Assembly: GCA_029856045.1 (NCBI GenBank)
Contig: JAHQWG010000016.1
Location: 416,001 to 480,000 of the forward strand
Direction of reading: 5' to 3'
Origin: Promethearchaeia archaeon
GTDB lineage: Archaea; Asgardarchaeota; Lokiarchaeia; Sigyniarchaeales; SOKP01
DNA: 64,000 nucleotides
Every line of letters begins with the position of its first letter. Positions within the stretch are counted from its first letter, which is position 1. This document shows, in pieces, positions 29,379 to 40,001 of this stretch. Both the position numbers and the translations under genes were made by a program. The notes under the pieces are model-generated. The model did not search any database. It was not told the origin of the DNA and saw only the letters and a list, made by a program, of their open reading frames with translations.

Positions 29379-30440
29379 TCAATACCAAAAAGGGTTCAAA
29401 ACAAAAATTATCATTAAATAAGCCAAACCACAAGCTGCGATTGATAAATAAAATACTAATAGATTATTATCAAAAATAACCCTTCTTTTAATAAATTTTA
29501 GATCTAAATTAATTGTAAAGAATTCTTTAGTTTTTAAAATCCCATAAAAAATTAAAGGTTGGAAATATCTAATAAAAGGAACACTAAAAAACATAAATGA
29601 GACCATTGCAACAATGGAAACAAATGTTATTTCTATAGGATCGGCTTTTTTTAATCTGAATATTAAAAAGAAAATAGATATAATTGCAATTGGAAGAATC
29701 TTGATATAAATAGGAGCAAATCCCACACCGGTATTCTCCCAATAAAGATAAATATTAATATAATTTTCCCAGAATAAAAAGGGTAAAATTAAAAAGCTAA
29801 ATAATATCGGAACAACTGATATTAAAAAAATTTTCATTTCTCTCCAATCTTTTTCAAAAAGATATTTTAGAAAGAAAAAAGCTACAGCAGGTAAAGGATA
29901 CCATTTTGAAACAATTGATAATGATAGAAAAAAGTAAAATATATATCGATACTTTATTTCTTTCTTGGGATAAAATATCAACGATAAAAATAAAAAGATA
30001 AAAAAGAAAGAGTCCGTAATATGGTACCCACAATTATCTAAACTAAATACATTATTTAAAAATAAAAAGGGATTTATTAAAAACAAACCAAATACATATT
30101 CTTTTTTTGGTATTTTAAAACTCTTAATAACAAAATAAAACATCAAGGTAATTAACATATCAAAAAGAAATGCCCAAAAAGCAAACACTTCAACAGATCC
30201 AAATGATAATACAATAAAAATCTCTAATAAAATCATAGATAATGGTGGATATACATACAAAGGAATGAAATTTAATTCAACATCTCCCCAACCTCTTGAT
30301 GGATCTATAACGTGTACATAATAATAGTAGATTAACATGAATATTCTTATTGCAATTCCCGTAAATATAAAAATTGGAGCCTTATAATCTAACAATTTTT
30401 CTAAAAATGATTTTTCTTCCAATTTAATTTCATTTTCCAT
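29379..30440 (-). CDS. GT-C fold (GT87/PIG-M-like) multi-TM glycosyltransferase
   Basis: WGD in the first loop, YVYPPL, NP, K-W-Y-P, RY and many TM helices. Confidence 0.65.
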   Translation of the reverse strand: MENEIKLEEKSFLEKLLDYKAPIFIFTGIAIRIFMLIYYYYVHVIDPSRGWGDVELNFIPLYVYPPLSMILLEIFIVLSFGSVEVFAFWAFLFDMLITLMFYFVIKSFKIPKKEYVFGLFLINPFLFLNNVFSLDNCGYHITDSFFFIFLFLSLIFYPKKEIKYRYIFYFFLSLSIVSKWYPLPAVAFFFLKYLFEKDWREMKIFLISVVPILFSFLILPFLFWENYINIYLYWENTGVGFAPIYIKILPIAIISIFFLIFRLKKADPIEITFVSIVAMVSFMFFSVPFIRYFQPLIFYGILKTKEFFTINLDLKFIKRRVIFDNNLLVFYLSIAACGLAYLMIIFVLNPFWY

Positions 30441-30706
30441 TTATATTCCACCTAAATCGTAGATAATTTAATTTAATAAAAAATATAAATTTTTTAAATT
30501 AAAATAAATTATTCTTAAATGTTTTTAATTAAAAAGCTTACCAAATAGTTATAAGAAGGAAAAATATAATCGGTTTATGATTGATAATAATTTTTATAAG
30601 ATTTTTCTTATACAAATTATTTGATTCGTTTTTTAATTTATGAATTAATAAAATAAAAACATGATTTTTTAATTTTACAACAAATACAACAGAATGGCAT
30701 AAATTT

Positions 30707-31810
30707 TTGAAGACTTCAATTGTAGTTCCAATGTGGAATGAAGAAAAGCGGGTTGAAAAATCATATGATCAATTATATGAATATCTCTCTAAAAGTGATT
30801 TGGATATTCAAATCGTTTTTGCAACTAATGGATGCACAGATAAAACAGTTGATATTATTAAGGAATTAAAAAAAAAAGATTCAAATTTAATTCATTATGA
30901 CTACCCAGAAGCTATTGGAAAAGGTAAAGCTATACATCAAGCCTTCGAAATGGTTGAAACATCTTATGTTATTTTTATGGATTGTGATATTGCAACTGAT
31001 TTAAAACATGTACCGGAAGTTATCGAACATTTAGAGAAAGGAGCTGATGTTGTGATTGGCTCTAGAAAATTAGAAGATTCTGAGTGCAAAAGAGGTTTTA
31101 AACGTCGCGTTTTCAGTACCCTCTATAATACAATGGTTAGAACTTTTTTTAGGTCAAAGCTTAGAGATCATCAATGTGGATTTAAAGGTTTTCGAAGAGA
31201 ATCATTCTTGACCTCACTCAATGATATTGAGAGTTCTGGTTGGTTTTGGGATACAGAAATTTTAGTAAAAGCGCAAAGGAGAAATTTAAAAATTGTAGAA
31301 ATACCTGTTCATTGGGAAGATTTAGATGAACAATGGTCAAAGTTTAATCTCCTTGGGGATACAAAAAAGATGGCAGTAAATCTAATCAAATTTCGATGGA
31401 AACTGTTTGATCCATGGTTTCAGCAATTAATAAAATTTTTAATTGTTGGTGTAAGTAATACACTAGTCTCTATTTTTGTTCTCTGGCTGCTTGATTCCAC
31501 AATAGGTCGAGGCTTTTGGGGTTATCCATTTGCTTATCTTGTAGGAACTACTAACAGTTTTATATTAAATAAACTTTTTACATTTAAGAAAAAACGATTC
31601 ACGAAAATAACATTACTTCGATATTTCCTATATTTAGGGTTAGGAATTATTGCAGGAACGATTTATTCATTATCTGCGATTTTTCTCGAGGTTATTATGG
31701 GATTAAATTATATTTATGCAAGTTTTGGTGGAACAATAGTTCACTTTATAGTTCAATTTGTCTTTTACAAATTTATTGTTTTTAAAATGAAAGTAAAAAA
31801 ATGGGAGTAA
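30707..31810 (+). CDS. Dolichyl-phosphate glycosyltransferase (GT2) fused to a GtrA-like domain
   Basis: VVPMWNEE, GKG, MDCD, GSR, DHQCGFK and WFWDTE motifs; C-terminal KFLIVG..NT and FTF GtrA pattern. Confidence 0.88.
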   Translation: MKTSIVVPMWNEEKRVEKSYDQLYEYLSKSDLDIQIVFATNGCTDKTVDIIKELKKKDSNLIHYDYPEAIGKGKAIHQAFEMVETSYVIFMDCDIATDLKHVPEVIEHLEKGADVVIGSRKLEDSECKRGFKRRVFSTLYNTMVRTFFRSKLRDHQCGFKGFRRESFLTSLNDIESSGWFWDTEILVKAQRRNLKIVEIPVHWEDLDEQWSKFNLLGDTKKMAVNLIKFRWKLFDPWFQQLIKFLIVGVSNTLVSIFVLWLLDSTIGRGFWGYPFAYLVGTTNSFILNKLFTFKKKRFTKITLLRYFLYLGLGIIAGTIYSLSAIFLEVIMGLNYIYASFGGTIVHFIVQFVFYKFIVFKMKVKKWE

Positions 31811-31811
31811 C

Positions 31812-32516
31812 TTATTTTATACAATATCCTACTAAAGAAAGCCCAAATGGTAATTTAAAACCAGAATTTATCATTGCATTTTCTATTTTAAGAAATCTCA
31901 CAAAAATTTTTTCGAGTAAATATGGTAGATTAAAAAAATCCAATTTCGGTTCTGATTTTTTTTTCATTATTCTCATTAGTGATACTGGTAAAAATAATAA
32001 TGAATTCCAATAACTTAATTTAATTTTTTTAAAATCTTTTAAGAGATTTAAAATGGTTCTCTCATTATATCTTCTGAAATGGTTTAAAGCCTTGTCATGA
32101 GAACTAAAAATAAATTGAAATGCAGGTACTGTAAAAACTAAATACCCTCCTTTCTTTAGTACTCTTCTTACTTCTGATATGACCTTAAAGTCTTCTTCAA
32201 TATGTTCAAAAACATCAAAAGAACAAACAACATCAAAATAATCATCAGGATAAGATATATTCGTTATATCACACAATTTTTTTTCTACATATAGATTTTC
32301 AGGAATTAGATCAAGAGCCTTTTGATTTATATCTATAACATAAACATCTCCATATTTATTCAATATTTTAAGATCTATGCCTGTTCCTGCTCCAATATCT
32401 AAAATTTTTAATGTCTTTCCTTTAACTTTATTCATTAATACATTGATTAAATCCTTTTTACCTCGAAACCAAAAATTTTGTTCTGTTTGTCCAGCGATAA
32501 AATCCTTATAATCCAT
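31812..32516 (-). CDS. Class I SAM-dependent methyltransferase
   Basis: FWF, LDIGAGTG, DVFEHI, VPA..F..S.HD and H.RRY motifs. Confidence 0.88.
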   Translation of the reverse strand: MDYKDFIAGQTEQNFWFRGKKDLINVLMNKVKGKTLKILDIGAGTGIDLKILNKYGDVYVIDINQKALDLIPENLYVEKKLCDITNISYPDDYFDVVCSFDVFEHIEEDFKVISEVRRVLKKGGYLVFTVPAFQFIFSSHDKALNHFRRYNERTILNLLKDFKKIKLSYWNSLLFLPVSLMRIMKKKSEPKLDFFNLPYLLEKIFVRFLKIENAMINSGFKLPFGLSLVGYCIK

Positions 32517-32798
32517 AATTAGAAAGTTTTTCTCTCTATTAGTTTATAGTTTAATTAAGAAATATTAATTTTTAATATATTCTATTTCTTTTAACTTAAA
32601 ATTGGAGTGTATAAAATTTATGCACGAAATTTAAAAAAAAGTATTAGATCTTCAAGTTCTTTTTAAATTCTCAAAAAAAAATCTAAAATATTCGTTCTAA
32701 TCTAAATTTAAAAAAAATTATAAAGCATTATATATCTTTTCTACTTAAGGATTTTAGACTTAATTATTAAATTTGAAATTTTTAATGAAACTGACATT

Positions 32799-33767
32799 AT
32801 GACCGAAATTATCCATGTAGAAAATTTAAGTAAAAAATTTATAAATAAAAAAGAGAAAACTGAAGTCTTAGCTGTTGATACCATCAATTTTTCAGTAAAT
32901 TCTGGTGAAATTTTCGGTTTTTTGGGACCAAATGGTGCGGGAAAAACAACAACTGTAAGAATTTTAGCCTGTTTATTAAAACCAACTCTTGGAAACGCAA
33001 TTATCAATGGTATGAGTATATTAGAAGATCAAGAAAATATTAGAAGTATTATTGGATTTTTAACAGAAAATCATGGGAATTATGAAAATCTAACTGTTAA
33101 ACAGAATCTAGAATTTTTTGGAAAATTTTATGATATTCAAAATATCAATGAAAGGATTGGAGATATTTTAGAACAATTCGAGATGTTAGATAGAATTGAG
33201 ATGTACGCTGGTGAATTATCAAAAGGACTCAAACAAAGGCTGGCTTTAGCTAGGACCCTAATTCACGACCCTAAGATTCTTTTTTTTGATGAGCCTACTG
33301 CGGGATTAGATCCAATTGCTGCTGTAAAAGTAAGAGAATTAATTTTAAAATTAAAATCAAAAAATCGAACGATATTTATTAATTCTCACAATTTAGAAGA
33401 AGTACAAAAGGTTTGTGATAGAGTGGGGATTATCGATAAAGGTAGGATAAAACGGATTGGTACATCAGATGAAATTAGCAAAAATTTGTGGGAATTTAGA
33501 ATTTTAGAAATTAAATTGAAAAAACTATCCGATGAAATTATATCTCGATTATCAAAATTTGATTTTATAAAAGAAATATTTCTAATTAACGGTTGTATTA
33601 GAATCCATTTAAAAAATTTGGAAGAATTTACTCCCATTATTGTTGAAAAAATTGTAGAATTGGGTGGAAAAATAATATCAGTTGAACCTATTGAACATAG
33701 CTTAGAAGATATTTATGTAAAATTAATGGAAGATTCGAAAATTAATCAACCATCAGGGGAGAAATAA
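32799..33767 (+). CDS. ABC transporter ATP-binding protein
   Basis: GPNGAGKTT, LSKG, FFDEPT and SH motifs. Confidence 0.95.
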   Translation: MTEIIHVENLSKKFINKKEKTEVLAVDTINFSVNSGEIFGFLGPNGAGKTTTVRILACLLKPTLGNAIINGMSILEDQENIRSIIGFLTENHGNYENLTVKQNLEFFGKFYDIQNINERIGDILEQFEMLDRIEMYAGELSKGLKQRLALARTLIHDPKILFFDEPTAGLDPIAAVKVRELILKLKSKNRTIFINSHNLEEVQKVCDRVGIIDKGRIKRIGTSDEISKNLWEFRILEIKLKKLSDEIISRLSKFDFIKEIFLINGCIRIHLKNLEEFTPIIVEKIVELGGKIISVEPIEHSLEDIYVKLMEDSKINQPSGEK

Positions 33768-33769
33768 AA

Positions 33770-34573
33770 ATGAAAATAAAAAATTCCTTATACATTTTTA
33801 AAAAAGATTGGCAAGAAATCTATAAGAATAAAGAAATTTTATTGCCTATTATTATATTACCTATACTTTTTTCAATTATTTTTCCAATTCTACTTATTGG
33901 ATCTTCTTTAATCATCCCACCAGAAGAATATAATAATGGTGAAGGTCTTGAAGACTTAATTCCTTTCTTTCAAGGTCAAGAAAATGCCGTATTAAAAATT
34001 ATTATCTATTATAATATTAACTTTATAATGAAACCACTTTTCTTATTCACTCCCATGATCTTGACTATGGTAATAGCCTCTGATTCTTTTGCAGGAGAAA
34101 AGGAAAGAAAAACAATTGAAAGCCTTTTAATACTACCGATAACTGATAAAGAATTGATTTTAGGTAAAGTTTTTACTGCATTTATTCCTGCAATTTTAGC
34201 ATCATGGGGTGCTTTTGGAGCATTTCAAATATTGATATATTTTATGACTTATGATCTAATAGGGTTTAATATCATTGGATTTGACTGGTATCTATTAATG
34301 TTTCTATTTTCAACATTATTGTCTTTTTTTTCCGTAATATTAATGATAATAAACTCGTCAAGAGCAAAAGATGCCAAATCTGCCCAAAATGTGGCGGTAA
34401 TAGTCATACTTCCTGTAATCTCCTTATTTTTCCTACAAATGTTTAATGTTTTCGTATTAGATGTTATAAATACACTTATTTTATCAGGTTTTCTCGGATT
34501 ATTAGATTTATTGATGATTTATTTGGGGGGAAAACAGCTAAATCGAGATCGTTTAATATCACGAATAAGATAA
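33770..34573 (+). CDS. ABC-2 type permease
   Basis: DSFAGEKERKTIESLL..P...ELILGK motif; six TM helices. Confidence 0.92.
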   Translation: MKIKNSLYIFKKDWQEIYKNKEILLPIIILPILFSIIFPILLIGSSLIIPPEEYNNGEGLEDLIPFFQGQENAVLKIIIYYNINFIMKPLFLFTPMILTMVIASDSFAGEKERKTIESLLILPITDKELILGKVFTAFIPAILASWGAFGAFQILIYFMTYDLIGFNIIGFDWYLLMFLFSTLLSFFSVILMIINSSRAKDAKSAQNVAVIVILPVISLFFLQMFNVFVLDVINTLILSGFLGLLDLLMIYLGGKQLNRDRLISRIR

Positions 34574-34597
34574 AAAAGTGAGGATAATAACAAATTC

Positions 34598-35269
34598 ATG
34601 AATCTTTTCGAATTATTTATATTTTCATTTTTAGTAGCTTTAACTGGAGCAATGTCTCCTGGACCCCTACTAACTTTTACAATTTATAAAACTCTTAAAA
34701 GTGAAAAAAAGGGGTATTTAATCGGAATTTTGGTTGTCGTTGGGCATGCTATCTTAGAATTTATTTTAATTCTATTACTTTTAACTGGAGTTTCATTTTT
34801 TCTTCAAAATATCACCGTTCTAATCTTAATCGGCTTAATTGGGGGCTCAATTCTATGTTTTTTTGGTATAATGGTTATTAAAGATGTGCTAAAAAATAAG
34901 TTCAATATAGAAATTAAAGAAGAAAATACAATAGATATTAAAGGTTATAAAAAAAATAGTATTTTAGGAGGAATTTTGGTCTCTATGAGCAACCCATATT
35001 GGTGGCTCTGGTGGGCAGTAATTGGTTTAAGCTTTATGGTAAATTACGAAGTAAGATTTGATCAACCCATTAACATTTTATTATTCTTTTTTGGACATGA
35101 AATGGGTGATTTAATCTGGTATTTCGCAATTTCTGCGTTTGTATATTTTGGAGGGAAATCTTTTAATAATAAAGTATTTAACATTATTCTGATTCTTTGT
35201 GGGCTATTTATGGTCGTGTTTGGTCTATATTTAGCAATTAACCCACTTATAAATCCACCAACTATATAA
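34598..35269 (+). CDS. LysE family translocator
   Basis: GAMSPGP, GH..E and SNPYWWLWW motifs. Confidence 0.88.
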   Translation: MNLFELFIFSFLVALTGAMSPGPLLTFTIYKTLKSEKKGYLIGILVVVGHAILEFILILLLLTGVSFFLQNITVLILIGLIGGSILCFFGIMVIKDVLKNKFNIEIKEENTIDIKGYKKNSILGGILVSMSNPYWWLWWAVIGLSFMVNYEVRFDQPINILLFFFGHEMGDLIWYFAISAFVYFGGKSFNNKVFNIILILCGLFMVVFGLYLAINPLINPPTI

Positions 35270-35403
35270 CTCAAAATATTTTTTCAAATTTTGAATAAAA
35301 TTGAAAATTTAGTAGTTTATATAGATTGAATTGATACTATGTTTGTACAAATTTGGAAATTTAATCACATTATCAAAATAAATTCCAAAAAAGGTTTTAT
35401 TAA

Positions 35404-35664
35404 ATGATAGAGTTGGATAAAAAGACTCAAACTTTTTTATCAAGTAAATTATTATGTGTCTGTCCTCTCTGTAAAAAATACATCTACGGTAAAGATATTG
35501 ACATTACAAAAATTGATTTATCTAAAATCAAAAGATGGCCATTATCAATTGTGCATTGTCATGCACATAATAAACATCCATTACATGCATTAACCATTTA
35601 TCTTGATGCTAATTTCTCAATCCGCGGAAGAGAAGCTTCTGGTTTTTTAAAAATTCAAACCTGA
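35404..35664 (+). CDS. Small metal-binding hypothetical protein (CxxC...H..H...LYLD.NF..R type)
   Basis: CPLCKK, HCHAH and HALTIYLDANFSIRGRE. Confidence 0.7.
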   Translation: MIELDKKTQTFLSSKLLCVCPLCKKYIYGKDIDITKIDLSKIKRWPLSIVHCHAHNKHPLHALTIYLDANFSIRGREASGFLKIQT

Positions 35665-35721
35665 TTAAAAAATATTTTCCGTTTGCCCAAATATTCTTAA
35701 GCTTCTTTCTGAGTAATTTTC

Positions 35722-36693
35722 TTATACATCATAAAATCTTTTAAAAACGCGACATATTGCCAGGTTTAGCCATAGATGCGTATCTTTATCTCGAGCTCCC
35801 ATCATTATTTTTAAATCCCAAAGCCCGTTATTTTGTTGCTTATCTTTAAACCATTGGAGAGCTTTGTCAATTTGCGGCTCATCTTTGCAAAATCCAAGTA
35901 AAGATACAGAATCTAATGATGATAAAAGGTCGGTCCAAAAAAATGGATAATAAAATTTAAACCAATAACTTTTATCCCCCCGAGAGGAATATTTGTCTTT
36001 TTGAAAAAAGCGTGATATTAGAAGTTTTCCAGCTTCCCTCGCTTCTTCCCTCTTTCTGTATTTTGGGTGAGCGGCAAACGTGCGTAACACCATTCCTGTC
36101 AACCAATGAGAGGAGGGCTTCGATTTATCTGGAGGAACAGGATCGGGTAAAGCATAAACTTCTTCCCAAGTAGAATGAATTGTTAACATTGCTAACCCCC
36201 ATCCTCCATCTGTATGACGCATCGAGAATAGCCACTGAAAGCCCCGCTCCATCCTAGGATCATCGTGATAACCCGCCATATTTAACAGTTCCATCAACGC
36301 ACCCATGTAATTCGTCATGTATTGATTACAATATATCCCTCTAATATCACCCTCTTCTGTTTGGCAACTAAAAACATATTCTGCGGCTTTTTGGATACAT
36401 TTATGTTTCTTATTAAACCCATATTTAGGCACTAGTTCTCTTAAACTTTTAAAAGTAGCAAATAAATTCATATTCTCGGGATACTTATGAGGTTTCCTAG
36501 GATGTTTCCACGATCCGTCGTCTAATTGTTTTTTTATTATTTTTTGAGCATATTGTTGATTCCATAAACTTTCGATTGGCTCCACTTCCCTTTCTAGTAA
36601 ATCTCTGTCAACAAAATATTGAATCGCTACATTACCTGAGGAATTCAAATAAGGCAAGGGATCAAATTTTAATTGTTTTTGCCACTCTTTCAT
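35722..36693 (-). CDS. Prenyltransferase/squalene-cyclase-like QW-repeat (alpha/alpha toroid) protein
   Basis: QLDDGSW, QTEEG, RHTDGGW and QQNNGLW repeats; no DxDD motif seen. Confidence 0.7.
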   Translation of the reverse strand: MKEWQKQLKFDPLPYLNSSGNVAIQYFVDRDLLEREVEPIESLWNQQYAQKIIKKQLDDGSWKHPRKPHKYPENMNLFATFKSLRELVPKYGFNKKHKCIQKAAEYVFSCQTEEGDIRGIYCNQYMTNYMGALMELLNMAGYHDDPRMERGFQWLFSMRHTDGGWGLAMLTIHSTWEEVYALPDPVPPDKSKPSSHWLTGMVLRTFAAHPKYRKREEAREAGKLLISRFFQKDKYSSRGDKSYWFKFYYPFFWTDLLSSLDSVSLLGFCKDEPQIDKALQWFKDKQQNNGLWDLKIMMGARDKDTHLWLNLAICRVFKRFYDV

Positions 36694-36709
36694 TTTTTCT
36701 TCATCAAAT

Positions 36710-39211
36710 TTAGTTTAGATAAGGACCTAATATGGAATGCGAGTTATTTTTTAAATCTTCAGGTGATCCTTCAGCGATAATTTCCCCACCTTCTGGTCCT
36801 CCTCCTGGTCCAAGTTCTACAATCCAATCGGTGAAGGATAAAATATCTAGATCGTGTTCTATTATAATTACGGTATTTCCCTTTTCAACTAATTCTTCAA
36901 GTAAGGTCAATAATTTAGAAACATCGTGAGAATGCAGTCCGGTGCTTGGTTCATCCAAAATAAATAGAGAGTGTGCTTTTTTCTCTTTCCCAAGTTCTTT
37001 AGCCAATTTAACTCTTTGGGCTTCACCGCCACTTAGAGTTAGTGAAGATTGTCCCAATGTTATATATCCCATACCTATTCTATCTAAAATCTCTAAGATT
37101 GAAGCGATTTTAGTTTGATCTTTAAAGACTTCTAATGCTTCCTTAACTGTTAAATTTAACACTTCTGTAATTGTCTTTCCCTTGTATTTCACATCGAGAA
37201 TTTCTGGTTTGTACCTTTTACCTTTACATTCATTGCATAGAATCGATAATCCAGGCAGGAACAGCGAAATTTGTAGATCCTGATATCCATTACCTTTACA
37301 AGCTGGGCACCGTCCCTTGTCGGAATTGAAACTAAAATGTCCAGCTTTATATTTTTTCCTTTTAGATAGTGGTTGTTTTGCAAATAAATTTCTTATTTTA
37401 TCCCATATACCTATGTAACTTGCTGGGAAGGAAGTTCTAACGCGACTGAGAGGTTTTTGATTTACAATAATAACTTCATCGATATCTTGCCACCCGATTA
37501 AATCTCCAGAAGTGGTTAAATCTCCCTCTAACCCATTTTCAACTTCCTTTAATGCCCCTATATTTTTATTGCTATTCTGTCTTTCAAAATAAGGTGTTAT
37601 TAAGGGAATTAATGTATCTGTAATAAGTGAACTTTTACCACTTCCTGATACGCCTGCAATTCCTATCATTACACCTAATGGAATGTCTATTTTAACATTT
37701 TTTAAATTATGTGTATTAACATTTTTAAGAGTTATTTTGGGATTATTTTTTGAAATTTTCCTTCTTTCATCAGGCTTCTTATTAGGAATTTTCAGTTCAC
37801 CACGTAGATATTTGCCAGTAATCGATCGTTTGGACTTTATAACACCTTCTAAAATTCCCTGATATACAATTTCTCCACCTTCATTTCCCGCTCCAGGACC
37901 CATATCGATTATCTCATCAGCGATGGATATTAGCTTTTTATCGTGTTCGACTACAATAATTGTATTTCCCAAATCTTTAAGTGAATTTAGCGCTTTAATG
38001 AGATTATTCTTCTCTATTTCATGAAGACCCATCGTAGGTTCGTCCAAAATATATACTAATGAATCTAACCCAGAATCAAGATGGTTCATTAAAGCTAACC
38101 TACTTATTTCTCCCCCGGAGAGTGTTGGTAATTCCCGGTTTAAGTGAATATATGGAAGTCCAACATCCACAATACTTTTTAACTTTTTTAATATCAAATT
38201 TTTAAGACCACGACCTTCAGATACTTTTATATGGGAATTATTTAGTCCCTCCAAGAACTCTATCAACTCAGTAATAGTCATCATTGCCAATTCACCTATA
38301 TGTTTTTCGTTTATTTTAATCTCTCGAGAACGATCGTTTATCCTATACCCACTACATTCAGAACAAATTTCCTTTTTCATGTAATACTTAGTAATTTTTC
38401 TCCTCCTATAATCACTTGTACCAGAAGTTATAGCTCGTTCAATATGGGGTATTATTCCTTCAAATTTTCTTGCTCTCAATACTCCCGAGAATGTTTTGGA
38501 TTCCCATCTAAAATTTAGTTTCTTATTGCTTCCATATAAGAATAAATGCTTAATCTCCTCTGGTAGGTCTTTATAAGGAGTATCGATATTAAAATTGAAT
38601 ATATCTCCCAATTGTTCTACCCAGTGGAGCTGATCAGCAAAACATCCAGATCCAGCTTTTGTAATCTCAATTAAGTTTAAGTTTGGGTCTTTAACAATTA
38701 AATCTTCGGTAAAATGCATAATATATCCCCTCCCTTTGCATTCCAAACACATTCCCGAAGCTTCATTGAAACTAAAATGTTTTATTTGTAGCGGTTCAAC
38801 CTGCATACCACATATGTCACACTCTAATGCTGGCTTTTCGACTGGTTCCTTGCAAATAGGACAAGTTATTACACCTTCTATTGCATAAAGCATTCTTAAT
38901 AGATTATATATAATAGTCTTAGTACCAACTGTGCTTCTAGGATTAGAAATTCTCGTTGTTCTCTGTTCTACAGCGATTGTAGGACTCAATCCAGTAATCA
39001 TATCGAATGGTGCCTCATCACTCCCTCGTGGTGGATAACCAACTGCTTGCATATATCTCCTTAATCCCTCATTAAATATGGTATCAAATGCTAAGCTTGA
39101 CTTTCCAGAGCCACTAACTCCTGTTATTAGTACAATTTTATTTTTTGGTATCGAAACATCAATATTTTTTAAATTATGTATTCTTGCCCCAATGATCTTA
39201 ATTTCATCCAT
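36710..39211 (-). CDS. uvrA: UvrA-family ABC ATPase, short class II (UvrA2/DrrC-like)
   Basis: Two GVSGSGKSS Walker A motifs, LSGGE x2 and Zn fingers; the region after CPIC is short, so the UvrB-binding insertion appears to be absent. Confidence 0.9.
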   Translation of the reverse strand: MDEIKIIGARIHNLKNIDVSIPKNKIVLITGVSGSGKSSLAFDTIFNEGLRRYMQAVGYPPRGSDEAPFDMITGLSPTIAVEQRTTRISNPRSTVGTKTIIYNLLRMLYAIEGVITCPICKEPVEKPALECDICGMQVEPLQIKHFSFNEASGMCLECKGRGYIMHFTEDLIVKDPNLNLIEITKAGSGCFADQLHWVEQLGDIFNFNIDTPYKDLPEEIKHLFLYGSNKKLNFRWESKTFSGVLRARKFEGIIPHIERAITSGTSDYRRRKITKYYMKKEICSECSGYRINDRSREIKINEKHIGELAMMTITELIEFLEGLNNSHIKVSEGRGLKNLILKKLKSIVDVGLPYIHLNRELPTLSGGEISRLALMNHLDSGLDSLVYILDEPTMGLHEIEKNNLIKALNSLKDLGNTIIVVEHDKKLISIADEIIDMGPGAGNEGGEIVYQGILEGVIKSKRSITGKYLRGELKIPNKKPDERRKISKNNPKITLKNVNTHNLKNVKIDIPLGVMIGIAGVSGSGKSSLITDTLIPLITPYFERQNSNKNIGALKEVENGLEGDLTTSGDLIGWQDIDEVIIVNQKPLSRVRTSFPASYIGIWDKIRNLFAKQPLSKRKKYKAGHFSFNSDKGRCPACKGNGYQDLQISLFLPGLSILCNECKGKRYKPEILDVKYKGKTITEVLNLTVKEALEVFKDQTKIASILEILDRIGMGYITLGQSSLTLSGGEAQRVKLAKELGKEKKAHSLFILDEPSTGLHSHDVSKLLTLLEELVEKGNTVIIIEHDLDILSFTDWIVELGPGGGPEGGEIIAEGSPEDLKNNSHSILGPYLN

Positions 39212-39284
39212 ATTTTATCAAAATCACTTTCATCTAATAATTTTATTTTTAATTGAATTAAATTGCATAATATTTGTAATAAAT

Positions 39285-39325
39285 ATATTCCAATCATAGA
39301 ATATTATATCATAAGAATATATAAA
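39285..39325 (-). promoter_or_regulatory. TATA box plus tandem palindromic operator upstream of uvrA
   Basis: ATATTC-N8-GAATAT (39285-39304), a second GAATAT 16 bp on (39315-39320), and minus-strand TTTATATA at 39318-39325. Confidence 0.7.
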
Positions 39326-40001
39326 TATTATCATTTTTAAAAAATTAAAATATCATTCATGATATATTTTATGCTGAATGCTTAAATAATCTAAATTTGA
39401 GAAATATATCTCGATAAATATTGAAAATTTTTACTTGTTTTCTGCGATTATAGCTTTCACAGAATGATATTACAATCTCTTCTTTTAATCTAAATGCAAT
39501 ATTTTCCGATTTATCTTCTTTATCTCTTACTTTGTTCAAAATATTTTTTTTTTTCGTGAGGATTATTAAAAGAAACAGTAGATAAAACAATTAAAAATTC
39601 TTTCCGCAATCTGGGTATTTATTATAAAAAAGATAAATGATTAATTCTATCTTTTTGGTTAATTCGTTTATCTTCTATAATTTCAATAATTTTCCCATCG
39701 AATCCTTTTTTTTAATTCTAATTAAAAGTGAACCAAAATATAAAACTCTGAGAATTATGATATATAAATAAAATAAAAATTGTTTTAAATAAAATAATAA
39801 TCTTAAAACATCCACCAATTTAATCAAGATACTATTTAAATCAATTTTAAAGGAAGATATTTTTTAAAAATTAGAAAATAAATGTGCAGTAAGGGAAAAT
39901 TTTTCGATTTAGAGTGATTCTTTTAAACACTTGAAATTTTTAATTCATAAAGCAAGAGATAATCAAAAAATAATTCTTTTTTTATCCTAAAATTTATATT
40001 T

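Noticed and set aside
35722-36693. Squalene/oxidosqualene cyclase (sterol or hopanoid synthesis)
   Set aside because: About half the expected length and no DxDD/DCTAE motif; only QW-like repeats are present.
39369-39590. 73-aa ORF in the uvrA-permease gap
   Set aside because: Low-complexity AT-rich sequence with a TTG start and no motif; possibly decayed DNA but unsupported.
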